64,000 nt of DNA from Parcubacteria group bacterium (GTDB taxonomy: Bacteria > Patescibacteriota > Minisyncoccia > Phycocordibacterales > UBA2135): contig JACPBB010000002.1 of NCBI GenBank assembly GCA_016180525.1, forward strand, positions 225,044-289,043. The letters run 5' to 3'. Of the stretch, positions 36,466-48,431 are shown piece by piece. The notes beneath the pieces are model-generated. The model was not told the DNA's origin. It was given only the letters and a program-made list of their open reading frames with translations, and made no database searches. A program made the position numbers and the translations under genes. Position 1 is the stretch's first letter. Every line of letters begins with the position of its first letter.

Positions 36466-37515
36466 ATGGAAAAAACAACTCTGGAACAATTAATTGATAT
36501 CGTAATGAAAGAGGGGGCATCAGACCTTCATATTTCTTCTGGCAGACATCCTACGATTCGTGTTGCTGGGGAATTGACCACTCTTTCTAAATACCCCGTT
36601 TTGTCAAAAGGAGACGCTTTGGAGATTCTTACACTTCTTGTCGGAGAGAGTTCAAAAAAGGAATTTCTGGAAACCCATGAGCTTGATTTTTCTTATTCCG
36701 CAAAAAACGGCTCTCGTTTCAGAGGAAACGCGTTTGTGCAGCAGGGTGCTGTGGGCATCGCGCTCCGTTTTATTCCTTCGCGAGTGATGACCCTCGAAGA
36801 ATTAAGTCTTCCTCCTATTCTTGAAACATTCGCCATGCGAAAGCAGGGATTTTTCTTAGCGGTTGGGCCGGTGGGTCAAGGTAAATCAACAACTCTTGCA
36901 GCAATGATAGATATTATAAATAAACAACGCACGGAACATATTGTTACCATTGAAAATCCTATTGAATTTGTTTACGAAGCCGGTAGTTCTATTATTGATC
37001 AGCGGGAAGTTGGTGTTGATACGAGAGATTTTCACATAGCCCTGCAGTCAGTATTCAGGCAAGACGTTGATGTTATTATGGTTGGTGAAATGCGCGGGCC
37101 TGATACTATTGCGACCGCGGTAACTGCAGCAGAGACGGGGCACCTCGTACTCTCAACGCTTCACACGAATAATGCTGCGCAAACCATTGACCGCATTATT
37201 GATACCTTTCCTTCGGAGCAGCAGAATCAAATTAGGGCGCAACTTTCTCAAAGCCTTGCCGGCATTTTTTCGCAAAGGCTTATTCCCAGAATTTCTGGAG
37301 GCGTAATTCCCGCCTATGAACTCTTAATAAATACTCCGGCCGTCGCGAACCTGATTCGTGAAGGAAGGACGCACGAGATAAATGTTGTCATAGAGACCGG
37401 CGCCGAGGAGGGAATGATTCATATGGACCGAACTCTCGCGGAGTTGGTTCGACGAGGGGAAATTACTCAAGAGAGCGCTCGGGCGTATTCTCTGAATACG
37501 GAGATATTTAAGTAA
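36466..37515 (+). CDS. pilT: Type IV pilus retraction ATPase PilT
   Basis: ASDLHI, GPVGQGKSTT, AAETGHLV.STLHT and AVANLIRE motifs. Confidence 0.92.
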   Translation: MEKTTLEQLIDIVMKEGASDLHISSGRHPTIRVAGELTTLSKYPVLSKGDALEILTLLVGESSKKEFLETHELDFSYSAKNGSRFRGNAFVQQGAVGIALRFIPSRVMTLEELSLPPILETFAMRKQGFFLAVGPVGQGKSTTLAAMIDIINKQRTEHIVTIENPIEFVYEAGSSIIDQREVGVDTRDFHIALQSVFRQDVDVIMVGEMRGPDTIATAVTAAETGHLVLSTLHTNNAAQTIDRIIDTFPSEQQNQIRAQLSQSLAGIFSQRLIPRISGGVIPAYELLINTPAVANLIREGRTHEINVVIETGAEEGMIHMDRTLAELVRRGEITQESARAYSLNTEIFK

Positions 37516-37669
37516 ATTAAGAAGCGAAGCGACTATGATTTACTTAACCCTGTTAAATAACCTCGTTTGATAATTTGATTGCAAATTATCAAACGAGGTT
37601 CCCGCTTCGCGGGATTTAACAGGGTGATGATTTTTAAGAATTCGTTATCACTCGTTTAAAAAATCTATC

Positions 37670-38878
37670 ATGCTTTTTCAATACAAAGTTATTAATCAAG
37701 AAGGGAAACCGCAGGAGGGCTCGATTGACGCGCTTAATGAAGAAGTGGCTATTAATTCTCTTCAACGAAGAGGACTTACTGTTGTTTCAGTAACTAAAGA
37801 AAAAGAAGAATCTTTTTTTGAAAAGCAACTTTCATTTTTTGAACGGGTTTCCGTTCGAGATGTGGTTATACTGTCAAGGCAAGTTTCTACTCTTTTTACC
37901 GCGGAAGTTTCTGCGCTTCGTGTATTTCGTCTTTTGGCGGGAGAATCCGAAAATCCAAATTTACGAAAAAAACTTGGAATAGTGGCGGATGACATACAGG
38001 GAGGTTCTTCAATTTCTGACGCACTCTCAAAGCACCCATCTATTTTTTCTCCGTTTTATGTAAATCTTGTGCGCGCAGGAGAAGAGGCGGGAAAACTTAA
38101 TGAAGCATTTTCGCACTTAGCAGATTACCTTGATCGGTCGTACGAGCTCACCATTAAAACGAGAAACGCTCTTATTTATCCGGCGTTTGTTATCGCTACC
38201 TTCGTGGTGGTTATGATACTTATGCTTACTATGGTTATACCGCGGCTCTCCGCGATTTTATTTGAGACAGGGCAGGAGATTCCTATATATACAAAAATAG
38301 TTGTGAGTATAAGTGATTTTTTTGTGAGTTATGGGATTTTGGTTCTCATATTGTTGCTGGGAGGCGGCATCGCGCTCGGCAGATTTGTAATGACCCCTAC
38401 GGGAAGACACTCGTTGGATCGATTTAAAATCTCAGCTCCCTTTTTTGGCAAATTGTTTCAAAAATTATACCTTGCTCGTATTGCCGATAACATGCACACC
38501 ATGCTTACGAGTGGCATTTCAATGGTTAAGGGGCTTGAAATCACCGCTTCTATCGTAGGGAATGTCGTGTATGAAGACATATTGAAAAAAGCGGCAGAAG
38601 ACGTGAAGGGGGGAGATTCGGTTTCAAATTCTTTTGGTGGGCACAGGGCGGAAATTCCAAATATCATGGTACAGATTATAAAAGTGGGTGAGGAGACTGG
38701 AGAACTGGGAAACATTCTCCGCACGCTCTCTGCTTTTTACGAGCGCGAAGTACGCAATGTTGTCGATACTCTTGTCGGACTTATAGAGCCCGTGCTTATT
38801 GTAGGGCTTGGTCTTGGAGTAGGGCTTTTGCTTACCTCAGTGCTCATTCCGATATATAATATTTCGAGTGGGTTTTAA
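37670..38878 (+). CDS. pilC: Type IV pilus platform protein PilC/GspF
   Basis: Two GspF domains (AGEEAGKL, VGEETGEL) and YP.FV. Confidence 0.93.
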   Translation: MLFQYKVINQEGKPQEGSIDALNEEVAINSLQRRGLTVVSVTKEKEESFFEKQLSFFERVSVRDVVILSRQVSTLFTAEVSALRVFRLLAGESENPNLRKKLGIVADDIQGGSSISDALSKHPSIFSPFYVNLVRAGEEAGKLNEAFSHLADYLDRSYELTIKTRNALIYPAFVIATFVVVMILMLTMVIPRLSAILFETGQEIPIYTKIVVSISDFFVSYGILVLILLLGGGIALGRFVMTPTGRHSLDRFKISAPFFGKLFQKLYLARIADNMHTMLTSGISMVKGLEITASIVGNVVYEDILKKAAEDVKGGDSVSNSFGGHRAEIPNIMVQIIKVGEETGELGNILRTLSAFYEREVRNVVDTLVGLIEPVLIVGLGLGVGLLLTSVLIPIYNISSGF

Positions 38879-39106
38879 GAGAAAATAAAGAGCGAAGCGA
38901 CTCTATTTTTCTTACCCCCCCCTCACTCTTAGAGAGTGAGGGGGTGCTCAAATTTAACACTCGCTAACGCTCGTTTAAATTTGGCATGTGGATAATATAC
39001 GCACCTTATTTTATTGTATGGTATACTATATAGTACAACTGAGAATAATAATTTCTCAATTTTAAAATGTTTTTAGGTCGAGTTCAAAACAATAATTAAT
39101 ACATAT

Positions 39107-39565
39107 ATGATTTTTTATAAAAAAGGTGGAACCAGAGAAGGTTTTACTTTGATTGAACTTCTTGTGGTTATTGCGATTATCGGCATTCTTTCTTCTGTGG
39201 TGCTTGCCTCCCTCAACAGCGCGCGAGAAAAATCACGGGACGCAAAGCGAGTTGCCGACTTAAAACAGATTCAGCTTGCTCTTGAACTTTACTTTGACGA
39301 TAACAACAGCACATATCCCGCAACACTTGCCCCGCTTACAACAGGAAGCTATATCCCTGTTATTCCCGAAGACCCAAATGGAGCAGCGTATAGCTACTCA
39401 GGACTCGGAGGTGCTACATGTACTGATTATCACTTGAGGGCGACGCTTGAGAATGCGGCAAACCCCGCGCTTGATAATGATTCAGATGCGGCAGCGGGAA
39501 CGGCTTGCACGGGAAGCGCCGCAGATGCTGCCGGGACTGATCCGATATATGATTTGAAGCCCTAA
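39107..39565 (+). CDS. Type IV major pilin
   Basis: G|FTLIELLVVIAIIGIL prepilin motif; Cys pair. Confidence 0.92.
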   Translation: MIFYKKGGTREGFTLIELLVVIAIIGILSSVVLASLNSAREKSRDAKRVADLKQIQLALELYFDDNNSTYPATLAPLTTGSYIPVIPEDPNGAAYSYSGLGGATCTDYHLRATLENAANPALDNDSDAAAGTACTGSAADAAGTDPIYDLKP

Positions 39566-39632
39566 CTCACTCCGCAGTTGATTTTGCGGATGACCGGGCA
39601 AGCGTTTTTGCGAAGCAAAAAGCGCTTTAGCC
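39560..39632. repeat. Structured two-hairpin element, copy 3 (overlaps the pilin stop codon)
   Basis: CCCTAACTCA...TGACCGGGCAA...TTTAGCC. Confidence 0.75.
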
Positions 39633-39721
39633 GTAATTTGCTTTTTACTGCACGCAGTGCGTTAAACAAGCTCTGTTTCATCAGGAACGGGGCTTGTTTC
39701 TGTTGATGGTATAATGAATCT

Positions 39722-40552
39722 ATGATTTTATATTTTTCAATTCTTGTTTTTATACTGGGACTTATTGTCGGCAGTTTTTTAAATTCGTTTATTACTCGAT
39801 ACCAAACAGGGCTTGGATATGGCGGGCGATCTTTTTGTTTTTCATGCGGACACAAGCTGTCCTTTAGAGACCTTATTCCTATTTTGAGTTTCATATTTCA
39901 AAAAGGCCGTTGTCGGTACTGTGGGGCCCGTCTCTCGCTTCAGTATCCATTAGTTGAGGTTGTCACAGGACTAGTATTTGTTTTTGTAATTATAAAATTG
40001 GGCTTTTTTTTATCGCCACTCTACTTTCTACTTTCTACTTTCTACTTGTTTATTTTCAGTATTCTTGTCGCGATTGTGTTTTATGACATTCGACATAAAA
40101 TCATTCCGAATGCCCTCGTCTATTTATTTATTGCTCTTTCTTTCTCAAGCATCTTTTTCAATGATTTTTTGCTACAAACTACAAACCACAAACTACAAGC
40201 TCTCAGTGCAGGGCCAATTGTTGCCGCCCCTCTTTTCCTTTTATGGCTCATATCAGCAGGAAAATGGATCGGTCTCGGAGACAGTAAGCTCGCACTTGGT
40301 ACTGGATGGTTTCTTGGAGTATCAGGTGGGTTTACCGCACTTATTCTGGGAACATGGATTGGCGCTGCCGTCGGCATCTTGTTTATTATCGGAGGAAAAA
40401 TGTTTCGCGCATTTCCTTATTTGTCCCAAAGGTTTAAAAGATTTACAATGAAGAGTGAGATACCGTTTGCACCGTTTATTATTTTGGGAACATTAATCGT
40501 TTTTTTCTGTGACATTTCTTTTGCGGACATCCAATCACTGTTTATGTTCTGA
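39722..40552 (+). CDS. pilD: Prepilin peptidase
   Basis: GSFLN, RS.C..C, GRCR.C, YDI.HKIIP, GLGD.KL and IPFAPF motifs. Confidence 0.93.
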   Translation: MILYFSILVFILGLIVGSFLNSFITRYQTGLGYGGRSFCFSCGHKLSFRDLIPILSFIFQKGRCRYCGARLSLQYPLVEVVTGLVFVFVIIKLGFFLSPLYFLLSTFYLFIFSILVAIVFYDIRHKIIPNALVYLFIALSFSSIFFNDFLLQTTNHKLQALSAGPIVAAPLFLLWLISAGKWIGLGDSKLALGTGWFLGVSGGFTALILGTWIGAAVGILFIIGGKMFRAFPYLSQRFKRFTMKSEIPFAPFIILGTLIVFFCDISFADIQSLFMF

Positions 40553-40599
40553 TACCTACGAAATTGTACTAAAAATATACGAACAAATACAAAAAAAGT

Positions 40600-41238
40600 A
40601 TGAATTTACGAAAGTGCATTAAAAAAACATACGAACAAATACGAAAAAATTTCGCACGGTTTTCGTATAATTTCGTATATGTTCGTAGAGAAGGTTTTTC
40701 TCTCGTAGAGCTTTTAGTGACGGTTTCTATTTTTGTAATCGTTACAAGCATCGTGCTTATAAATTTCCCCTCATTCAGCAGTAAAATAGCTCTTGATAAC
40801 TTGGCACACGAAGTGGCTCTTTCGGTTCGGCAGGCACAAGTGTTTGGTGTTTCATCAAAAGAGTCTGCTATTGGATCAGGAATTTTTCCTAGCCATGGAG
40901 CGCATTTTGACATAAACCAAAATGCCAAATTTTCACTTTTTATTGATATTGATGAAAACAACAAATATACCGGCGAATCTGAACTTTCAGAAACGTTTAA
41001 TATTCAGCGGAGAAATTACATTAGTGAAATCTGCGGCTTTTTAACGTCCGCATCAAGCTGTACCCCGCTTGATGTTGTTGATATTGTTTTTACACGGCCG
41101 AATCCGGAACCAACACTTTTAGGAAAGGTTGGTGTGTCTGAAAATCTATATTCATACGCAACCATAACGATTTCTTCCCCGTCTGGAGCAACGCGTTCCG
41201 TGGTTGTATGGTCAAACGGACAAATAGCCATCCAATAA
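40600..41238 (+). CDS. Minor pilin (FimT/GspH-like) with long repeat-derived leader
   Basis: G|FSLVELLV motif. Confidence 0.85.
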   Translation: MNLRKCIKKTYEQIRKNFARFSYNFVYVRREGFSLVELLVTVSIFVIVTSIVLINFPSFSSKIALDNLAHEVALSVRQAQVFGVSSKESAIGSGIFPSHGAHFDINQNAKFSLFIDIDENNKYTGESELSETFNIQRRNYISEICGFLTSASSCTPLDVVDIVFTRPNPEPTLLGKVGVSENLYSYATITISSPSGATRSVVVWSNGQIAIQ

Positions 41239-41240
41239 AC

Positions 41241-41858
41241 ATGAACCTACTAAACTGTACTAAAAAAACATACGAACAAATACGAAAAAATTTCGCAATG
41301 CTTTCGCGTAATTTCATACATGTTCGTAGGAGAGGCTTTACCCTTATAGAGATGATTGTTGCTGTTTCGGTGTTTGTGGTTGTCATGGTCTCTGGTATCG
41401 GCGCGCTTGTTTCTATGATTGACGCTAATCGAAAAGCCCAATCGCTCCGTATTGTTATGGACAATCTCAATTTTGCGCTCGAAAACATTACCCGTAACAT
41501 GCGTGTCGGGGTTGATTACCACTGCGGCGCGGTCGGAGATTTAAATGTTCCGCGCGACTGCCCCGTTGACGGAGATAGCTTTATTGCATTTACAAACTCA
41601 AGCGGGGATAGAATTATTTTTAGATTAAACAGTGGAAGGATTGAAAAATCAGAAGACCTTGGGGCGAGCTTTTTGGGCATTACGGCTCCGGAAATTACGG
41701 TTGAAGAATTGCGCTTTTTCGTTCAAGGTTCGGAAGCAGGGGACGGGCTTCAGCCAGAAGTTCTTGTTATTGTAAGGGGCGTTGCCGGAGCAACTCCAGA
41801 GACAAGCACTACATTTAGCCTGCAGACCATTGCGTCTCAAAGGCTGCGAGACACGTAA
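41241..41858 (+). CDS. Minor pilin (PilW/GspJ-like) with long repeat-derived leader
   Basis: G|FTLIEMIV motif; start reassigned to MNLLN. Confidence 0.85.
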   Translation: MNLLNCTKKTYEQIRKNFAMLSRNFIHVRRRGFTLIEMIVAVSVFVVVMVSGIGALVSMIDANRKAQSLRIVMDNLNFALENITRNMRVGVDYHCGAVGDLNVPRDCPVDGDSFIAFTNSSGDRIIFRLNSGRIEKSEDLGASFLGITAPEITVEELRFFVQGSEAGDGLQPEVLVIVRGVAGATPETSTTFSLQTIASQRLRDT

Positions 41859-41859
41859 T

Positions 41860-42384
41860 ATGAAAATTCAAAATTCAAAATTCAAAATTCAAAATTTTCG
41901 TGAATCCGCAGGGTTCACATTGGTGGAATCTTTGGTCGCGATTTCAATCGTTCTGGTGTCTGTCGTCGGGCCGCTTACTATTATTTCAAAAACGCTTTCA
42001 TTTGCGCGCTTTGCTCGTGATGAAATTACCGCATTTTATCTTACACAAGACGCGGCAGAGTTCGTGAGAAACACGAGAGATAACAGTATAATTGCAGGAG
42101 AGGATTGGCTCGCAGACCTCTCTGCGTGCGTTGGAGGAGTGTGTGCAGTTGACCCAACTGCGGGAATTATTTTTAGCTGTGGCGTCTCTTGTGACCCGCT
42201 CAAACTCTCTTCTTCCGGGGTGTATGGGTACACAAATGGAAACAACACTATCTTTACAAGAGAAATAACCATTGATGAGACATCAGGAAACAGAGAGGCA
42301 ACGATTGATGTAACGCTTAGGTGGCGACAAGGTCTCGCTGAAAGAAATTTTACAATACGAGAGTATATATTTAATTGGCAGTAA
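41860..42384 (+). CDS. Minor pilin (PilV-like)
   Basis: G|FTLVESLV motif; start reassigned to MKIQN. Confidence 0.85.
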   Translation: MKIQNSKFKIQNFRESAGFTLVESLVAISIVLVSVVGPLTIISKTLSFARFARDEITAFYLTQDAAEFVRNTRDNSIIAGEDWLADLSACVGGVCAVDPTAGIIFSCGVSCDPLKLSSSGVYGYTNGNNTIFTREITIDETSGNREATIDVTLRWRQGLAERNFTIREYIFNWQ

Positions 42385-42474
42385 AAATAATTTCAAATTG
42401 CAAATTGTAAATTTCAAATTTATAGTTAACAATCTGCAATCTGAAATTTGAAATCTGAAATTAAAATTTCTATC

Positions 42475-45014
<2,540 letters not shown>

Positions 45015-45096
45015 GTTTCTAAAATTTTTTTGACATATTTTTATAGATGTGGTAACATCAAACAAGATACGTGATTAAACCGAACGGAGTTTGCGT

Positions 45097-46464
45097 ATGA
45101 AATACTACGCATTGCCGCCGTATAAGAATAAAGCTGTAGAATTTATTTCTCTCATTTCTCGTGAAGATAGGGAAAGAGCGATTAAAGATGCTGGATACAA
45201 TACGTTTCTTCTGAAATCAAAAGATGTTTTCATTGATTTTTTGACAGACAGCGGAACATCGGCAATGTCCGACCGCCAGTGGGCCGGCATTATGCTCGGA
45301 GACGAAGCATATGCCGGAAGCGAAAATTTTTATCATCTGGAAGATGCTGTCAAAGACGTGTTCGGCTATCCGTATTTGGTGCCGACACACCAAGGGCGTG
45401 GCGCCGAGCATATTATGGCACAGGTTTTAATTGGCGGCAGAGGCGGCTTTATTCCGAACAATTTATATTTCACTACAAGCCGCCTGCATCAGGAAATTGC
45501 CGGCGGTACGTGGCTTGACGTGAGTATTCCCGAGGCGAGCGATCCGAAAAGCACTTGTCCGTTTAAGGGCAATATAGATGTTGCAAAACTTGAAACATAC
45601 ATTAAAGAAAAAGGACCAGAATCAATTCCGTTTGTGCGAATGGAAGCATCGGTGAATATGGCGGGTGGCCAGCCGTTTTCAATGGAAAACGAGAGGGCAG
45701 TAAGCGCGCTTTGTAAAAAACACGGCATATTTTTGCTCTTAGATGCCACGCGAATTGTTGAGAATGCTCACTTTATAAGAGAGCGTGAGGAGAAATATAA
45801 GAGTTGGTCGCTTAAGAAAATCGTGCGAATGATGTGCGCATTTTCCGATGGATGCACGATGTCGTCAAAAAAAGACCATTATGTAAACATCGGCGGTTTT
45901 TTGGCGACAGTACGAAAGGATGTGTTTGAAAGGGCGCGTGCTCTCGTCGTGGTATATGAGGGGCTTCATACCTACGGCGGTATGGCGGGTCGCGACATGG
46001 AAGCGCTTTCAATCGGCATAAAAGAATCGGTTGAGAATGAGGAGCTGGTTGCTCATTATGTGGGGCAGGTTTCTGTGCTTGCCAAAATGCTTCGCGATAG
46101 AGGAATTCCCCTTTGCGAACCGCCTGGCGCGCATGCTGTTTTTCTTGATGCAAAGCAATTTTTACCGCACCTCTCCCAGAGTGAATTTCCGGCGCAGACA
46201 CTTGCCTCGGAACTCTACATTGAGGGTGGCGTGCGGACCATGGAACGCGGTATTGTCTCCGGGCAGCATGGCAGTGAGCCATACGACGGGCTGGAATTTG
46301 TCCGTCTTGCTATTCCGCGGAGAGTGTACGAATTGGCACACCTTATGTATGTTGCGGATGTGGTGGAAACAGCATGGAGACGGCGTTCACACATTCGTGG
46401 GCTTGCCATGGTATATGAGCCGAAAGACCTGCGATTTTTCCAGGCGCGTTTCGAAAAAAAATAA
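45097..46464 (+). CDS. tpl: Beta-eliminating lyase, tyrosine phenol-lyase-like
   Basis: GYNTFLL, TDSGT.AMS, GDEAYAGS, THQGRGAE and MSSKKD (PLP Lys); TPL-type YFTT, MERG and LRFF motifs. Confidence 0.8.
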   Translation: MKYYALPPYKNKAVEFISLISREDRERAIKDAGYNTFLLKSKDVFIDFLTDSGTSAMSDRQWAGIMLGDEAYAGSENFYHLEDAVKDVFGYPYLVPTHQGRGAEHIMAQVLIGGRGGFIPNNLYFTTSRLHQEIAGGTWLDVSIPEASDPKSTCPFKGNIDVAKLETYIKEKGPESIPFVRMEASVNMAGGQPFSMENERAVSALCKKHGIFLLLDATRIVENAHFIREREEKYKSWSLKKIVRMMCAFSDGCTMSSKKDHYVNIGGFLATVRKDVFERARALVVVYEGLHTYGGMAGRDMEALSIGIKESVENEELVAHYVGQVSVLAKMLRDRGIPLCEPPGAHAVFLDAKQFLPHLSQSEFPAQTLASELYIEGGVRTMERGIVSGQHGSEPYDGLEFVRLAIPRRVYELAHLMYVADVVETAWRRRSHIRGLAMVYEPKDLRFFQARFEKK

Positions 46465-46539
46465 GATGAAAATAACCCCGTCTTTCTCGAGGCGGGATTT
46501 TTTTAGTCAAATCTTTTTATTTCTGATATGATTGAGTCA

Positions 46540-46827
46540 ATGGATAAAAAAGAACTTCAAAAACTTGCCACGCTTGCCCGCATTGCGGTTTCTTCGGATG
46601 AATTGCAGACACTCCAAAAGGACATGGAGGGGGTTTTACAATATATTTCTCAAATTCAGGAAGTCTCTGCCGGCCATCATGAAACTAAAAACGGCTTCTC
46701 TTTACAAAATGTAATGCGAGAAGACAAAGATTCGCACGAGAGCGGTGCATATACAAAAGAGTTGCTTGCCGAGGCTCCGCAAAAAAAAGACGGCTATATA
46801 CAAGTAAAAAAGATTATTTCCGCATGA
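46540..46827 (+). CDS. gatC: Asp/Glu-tRNA amidotransferase subunit C
   Basis: LA.LARI, NVMRED and AP....GYI.V motifs; overlaps gatA. Confidence 0.9.
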   Translation: MDKKELQKLATLARIAVSSDELQTLQKDMEGVLQYISQIQEVSAGHHETKNGFSLQNVMREDKDSHESGAYTKELLAEAPQKKDGYIQVKKIISA

Positions 46828-48266
46828 GCATCGATCTTTCACAATTGACTATTTCAAAAACTCGTAACCATTTGCTGAGAGGTGATTTTACCGTACAGGA
46901 ACTTACCGAGAGTTATTTAAAGAATATCGCCAAAAAAAATTCCGATATTAACGCATATGTAGAGATATTTGATGATGTGCTCGCGCAAGCCGAGAAGGCG
47001 GACAAAGAGATTGCTACTCAAAAAGAGAAATCGTCACCATTATGCGGGACTCCGGTTGCGATAAAAGACAATATTTTGATTAAAGGACGCCATGTTTCAT
47101 GTGGTTCCAAAATTTTAAAAAATTATAAAGCGACATATGACGCCACGGCGATTGCAAAACTGAAAGAAGCGGGGGCAGTTTTTCTGGGACGCGCGAATAT
47201 GGACGAGTTTGCCATGGGGAGCTCTACTGAACGCTCTGCATTCGGTCCGACAAAAAATCCACATGACACCCTTCGTTCTCCGGGCGGCTCCTCCGGTGGT
47301 CCTGCGGCCGTGGTTGCGATGGATGGGGCGCTGGCTTCGCTCGGCTCTGACACGGGCGGTTCAGTGCGTCAGCCGGCAAGTTTTTGTGGTGTCGTTGGCC
47401 TTAAACCAACATACGGTGCGGTATCACGATACGGGCTTGTCGCCATGGCATCATCTTTTGATCAGATTGGCCCTATTACAAAAACCGTTGAAGACGCGGA
47501 GATTGTCTTTAATGCAATTTCTGGAAAAGATCCGTATGACTCAACATCCGCTGAATCTATAACTCAAAACTCAAAACCTAAAACCTCAAAATTTACTATT
47601 GGCATTCCAAGTTTTTTGTTTGGAAAAGAGACTCCGCTTGAGGATGATGTGTTACAAAATTTTAATAATTCTATAGAGATGCTCAAAAAAGAGGGCCATA
47701 CCGTAAAAGAGGTTGAAATGCCGCTCGTTAAATATGCTTTGCCCGTTTACTATATTATTATGCCGGCAGAGGCGTCTACGAATCTTGCGCGCTTTGATGG
47801 TGTGCGGTATGGGCTCTACGCAGAAGGTAAAAATTTATTTGATGATTATGCAGATACACGCGGTGTGGGATTCGGACCCGAAGTAAGAAGGCGCCTGCTT
47901 CTTGGGGCGTATGTGCTTTCATCTGGATATTATGACGCGTATTACAGGAAAGCAGTCGCTGTTCAAAACGCTATTAGATTTGATTGTGAATCTGCGTTTA
48001 AGAATGTTGATGTGATAGTTACGCCAACTTCGCCAACCCCCGCCTTTGTTCTTGGAGAAAAATTGGAAGATCCTGTTGCCATGTATCTCTCTGATATTTT
48101 AACTGTTGTTGCAAATATTGGAGGGTTCCCCGCAATTTCCGTTCCTTCGGGCACTGTTATGCGTGGGAAGAGCAGTCTTCCGCTTGGAATTCAGTTTATG
48201 GCTCCGCACAATGAAGAAAATGTCCTATTTTCAATAGGAAAAGAATTTGAAATAATTAAGGAATAA
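46824..48266 (+). CDS. gatA: Asp/Glu-tRNA amidotransferase subunit A
   Basis: Amidase signature: NMDEFAMGSS, GGSSGG, GSDTGGSVRQPA. Confidence 0.96.
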   Translation: MSIDLSQLTISKTRNHLLRGDFTVQELTESYLKNIAKKNSDINAYVEIFDDVLAQAEKADKEIATQKEKSSPLCGTPVAIKDNILIKGRHVSCGSKILKNYKATYDATAIAKLKEAGAVFLGRANMDEFAMGSSTERSAFGPTKNPHDTLRSPGGSSGGPAAVVAMDGALASLGSDTGGSVRQPASFCGVVGLKPTYGAVSRYGLVAMASSFDQIGPITKTVEDAEIVFNAISGKDPYDSTSAESITQNSKPKTSKFTIGIPSFLFGKETPLEDDVLQNFNNSIEMLKKEGHTVKEVEMPLVKYALPVYYIIMPAEASTNLARFDGVRYGLYAEGKNLFDDYADTRGVGFGPEVRRRLLLGAYVLSSGYYDAYYRKAVAVQNAIRFDCESAFKNVDVIVTPTSPTPAFVLGEKLEDPVAMYLSDILTVVANIGGFPAISVPSGTVMRGKSSLPLGIQFMAPHNEENVLFSIGKEFEIIKE

Positions 48267-48311
48267 TTAGGTACTAGGAAAAATAGAGATTCCTAAAGCC
48301 TCGTGTTATGG

Positions 48312-48431
48312 ATCCCGTTCCAAATCGCGGGCGCGAAACAACGCATATGATATATACAACAAAAATTCACATTACAAGTAACATAATGGGTCGTTGCGCT
48401 TAAGGCGCCCGCGCCCTATTTGGAACGGGAT
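48312..48431. mobile_element. MITE-like element with ~23-bp imperfect terminal inverted repeats
   Basis: ATCCCGTTCCAAATCGCGGGCGC ... GCGCCCGCGCCCTATTTGGAACGGGAT; ATGGAT at both junctions. Confidence 0.55.

Noticed and set aside
36945-36970. PilT Asp-box reads TIENPIE instead of TIEDPIE
   Set aside because: A single substitution with all other motifs intact is insufficient to claim altered function.
46824-48266. gatCA without adjacent gatB
   Set aside because: gatB is often unlinked; absence cannot be judged from one window.
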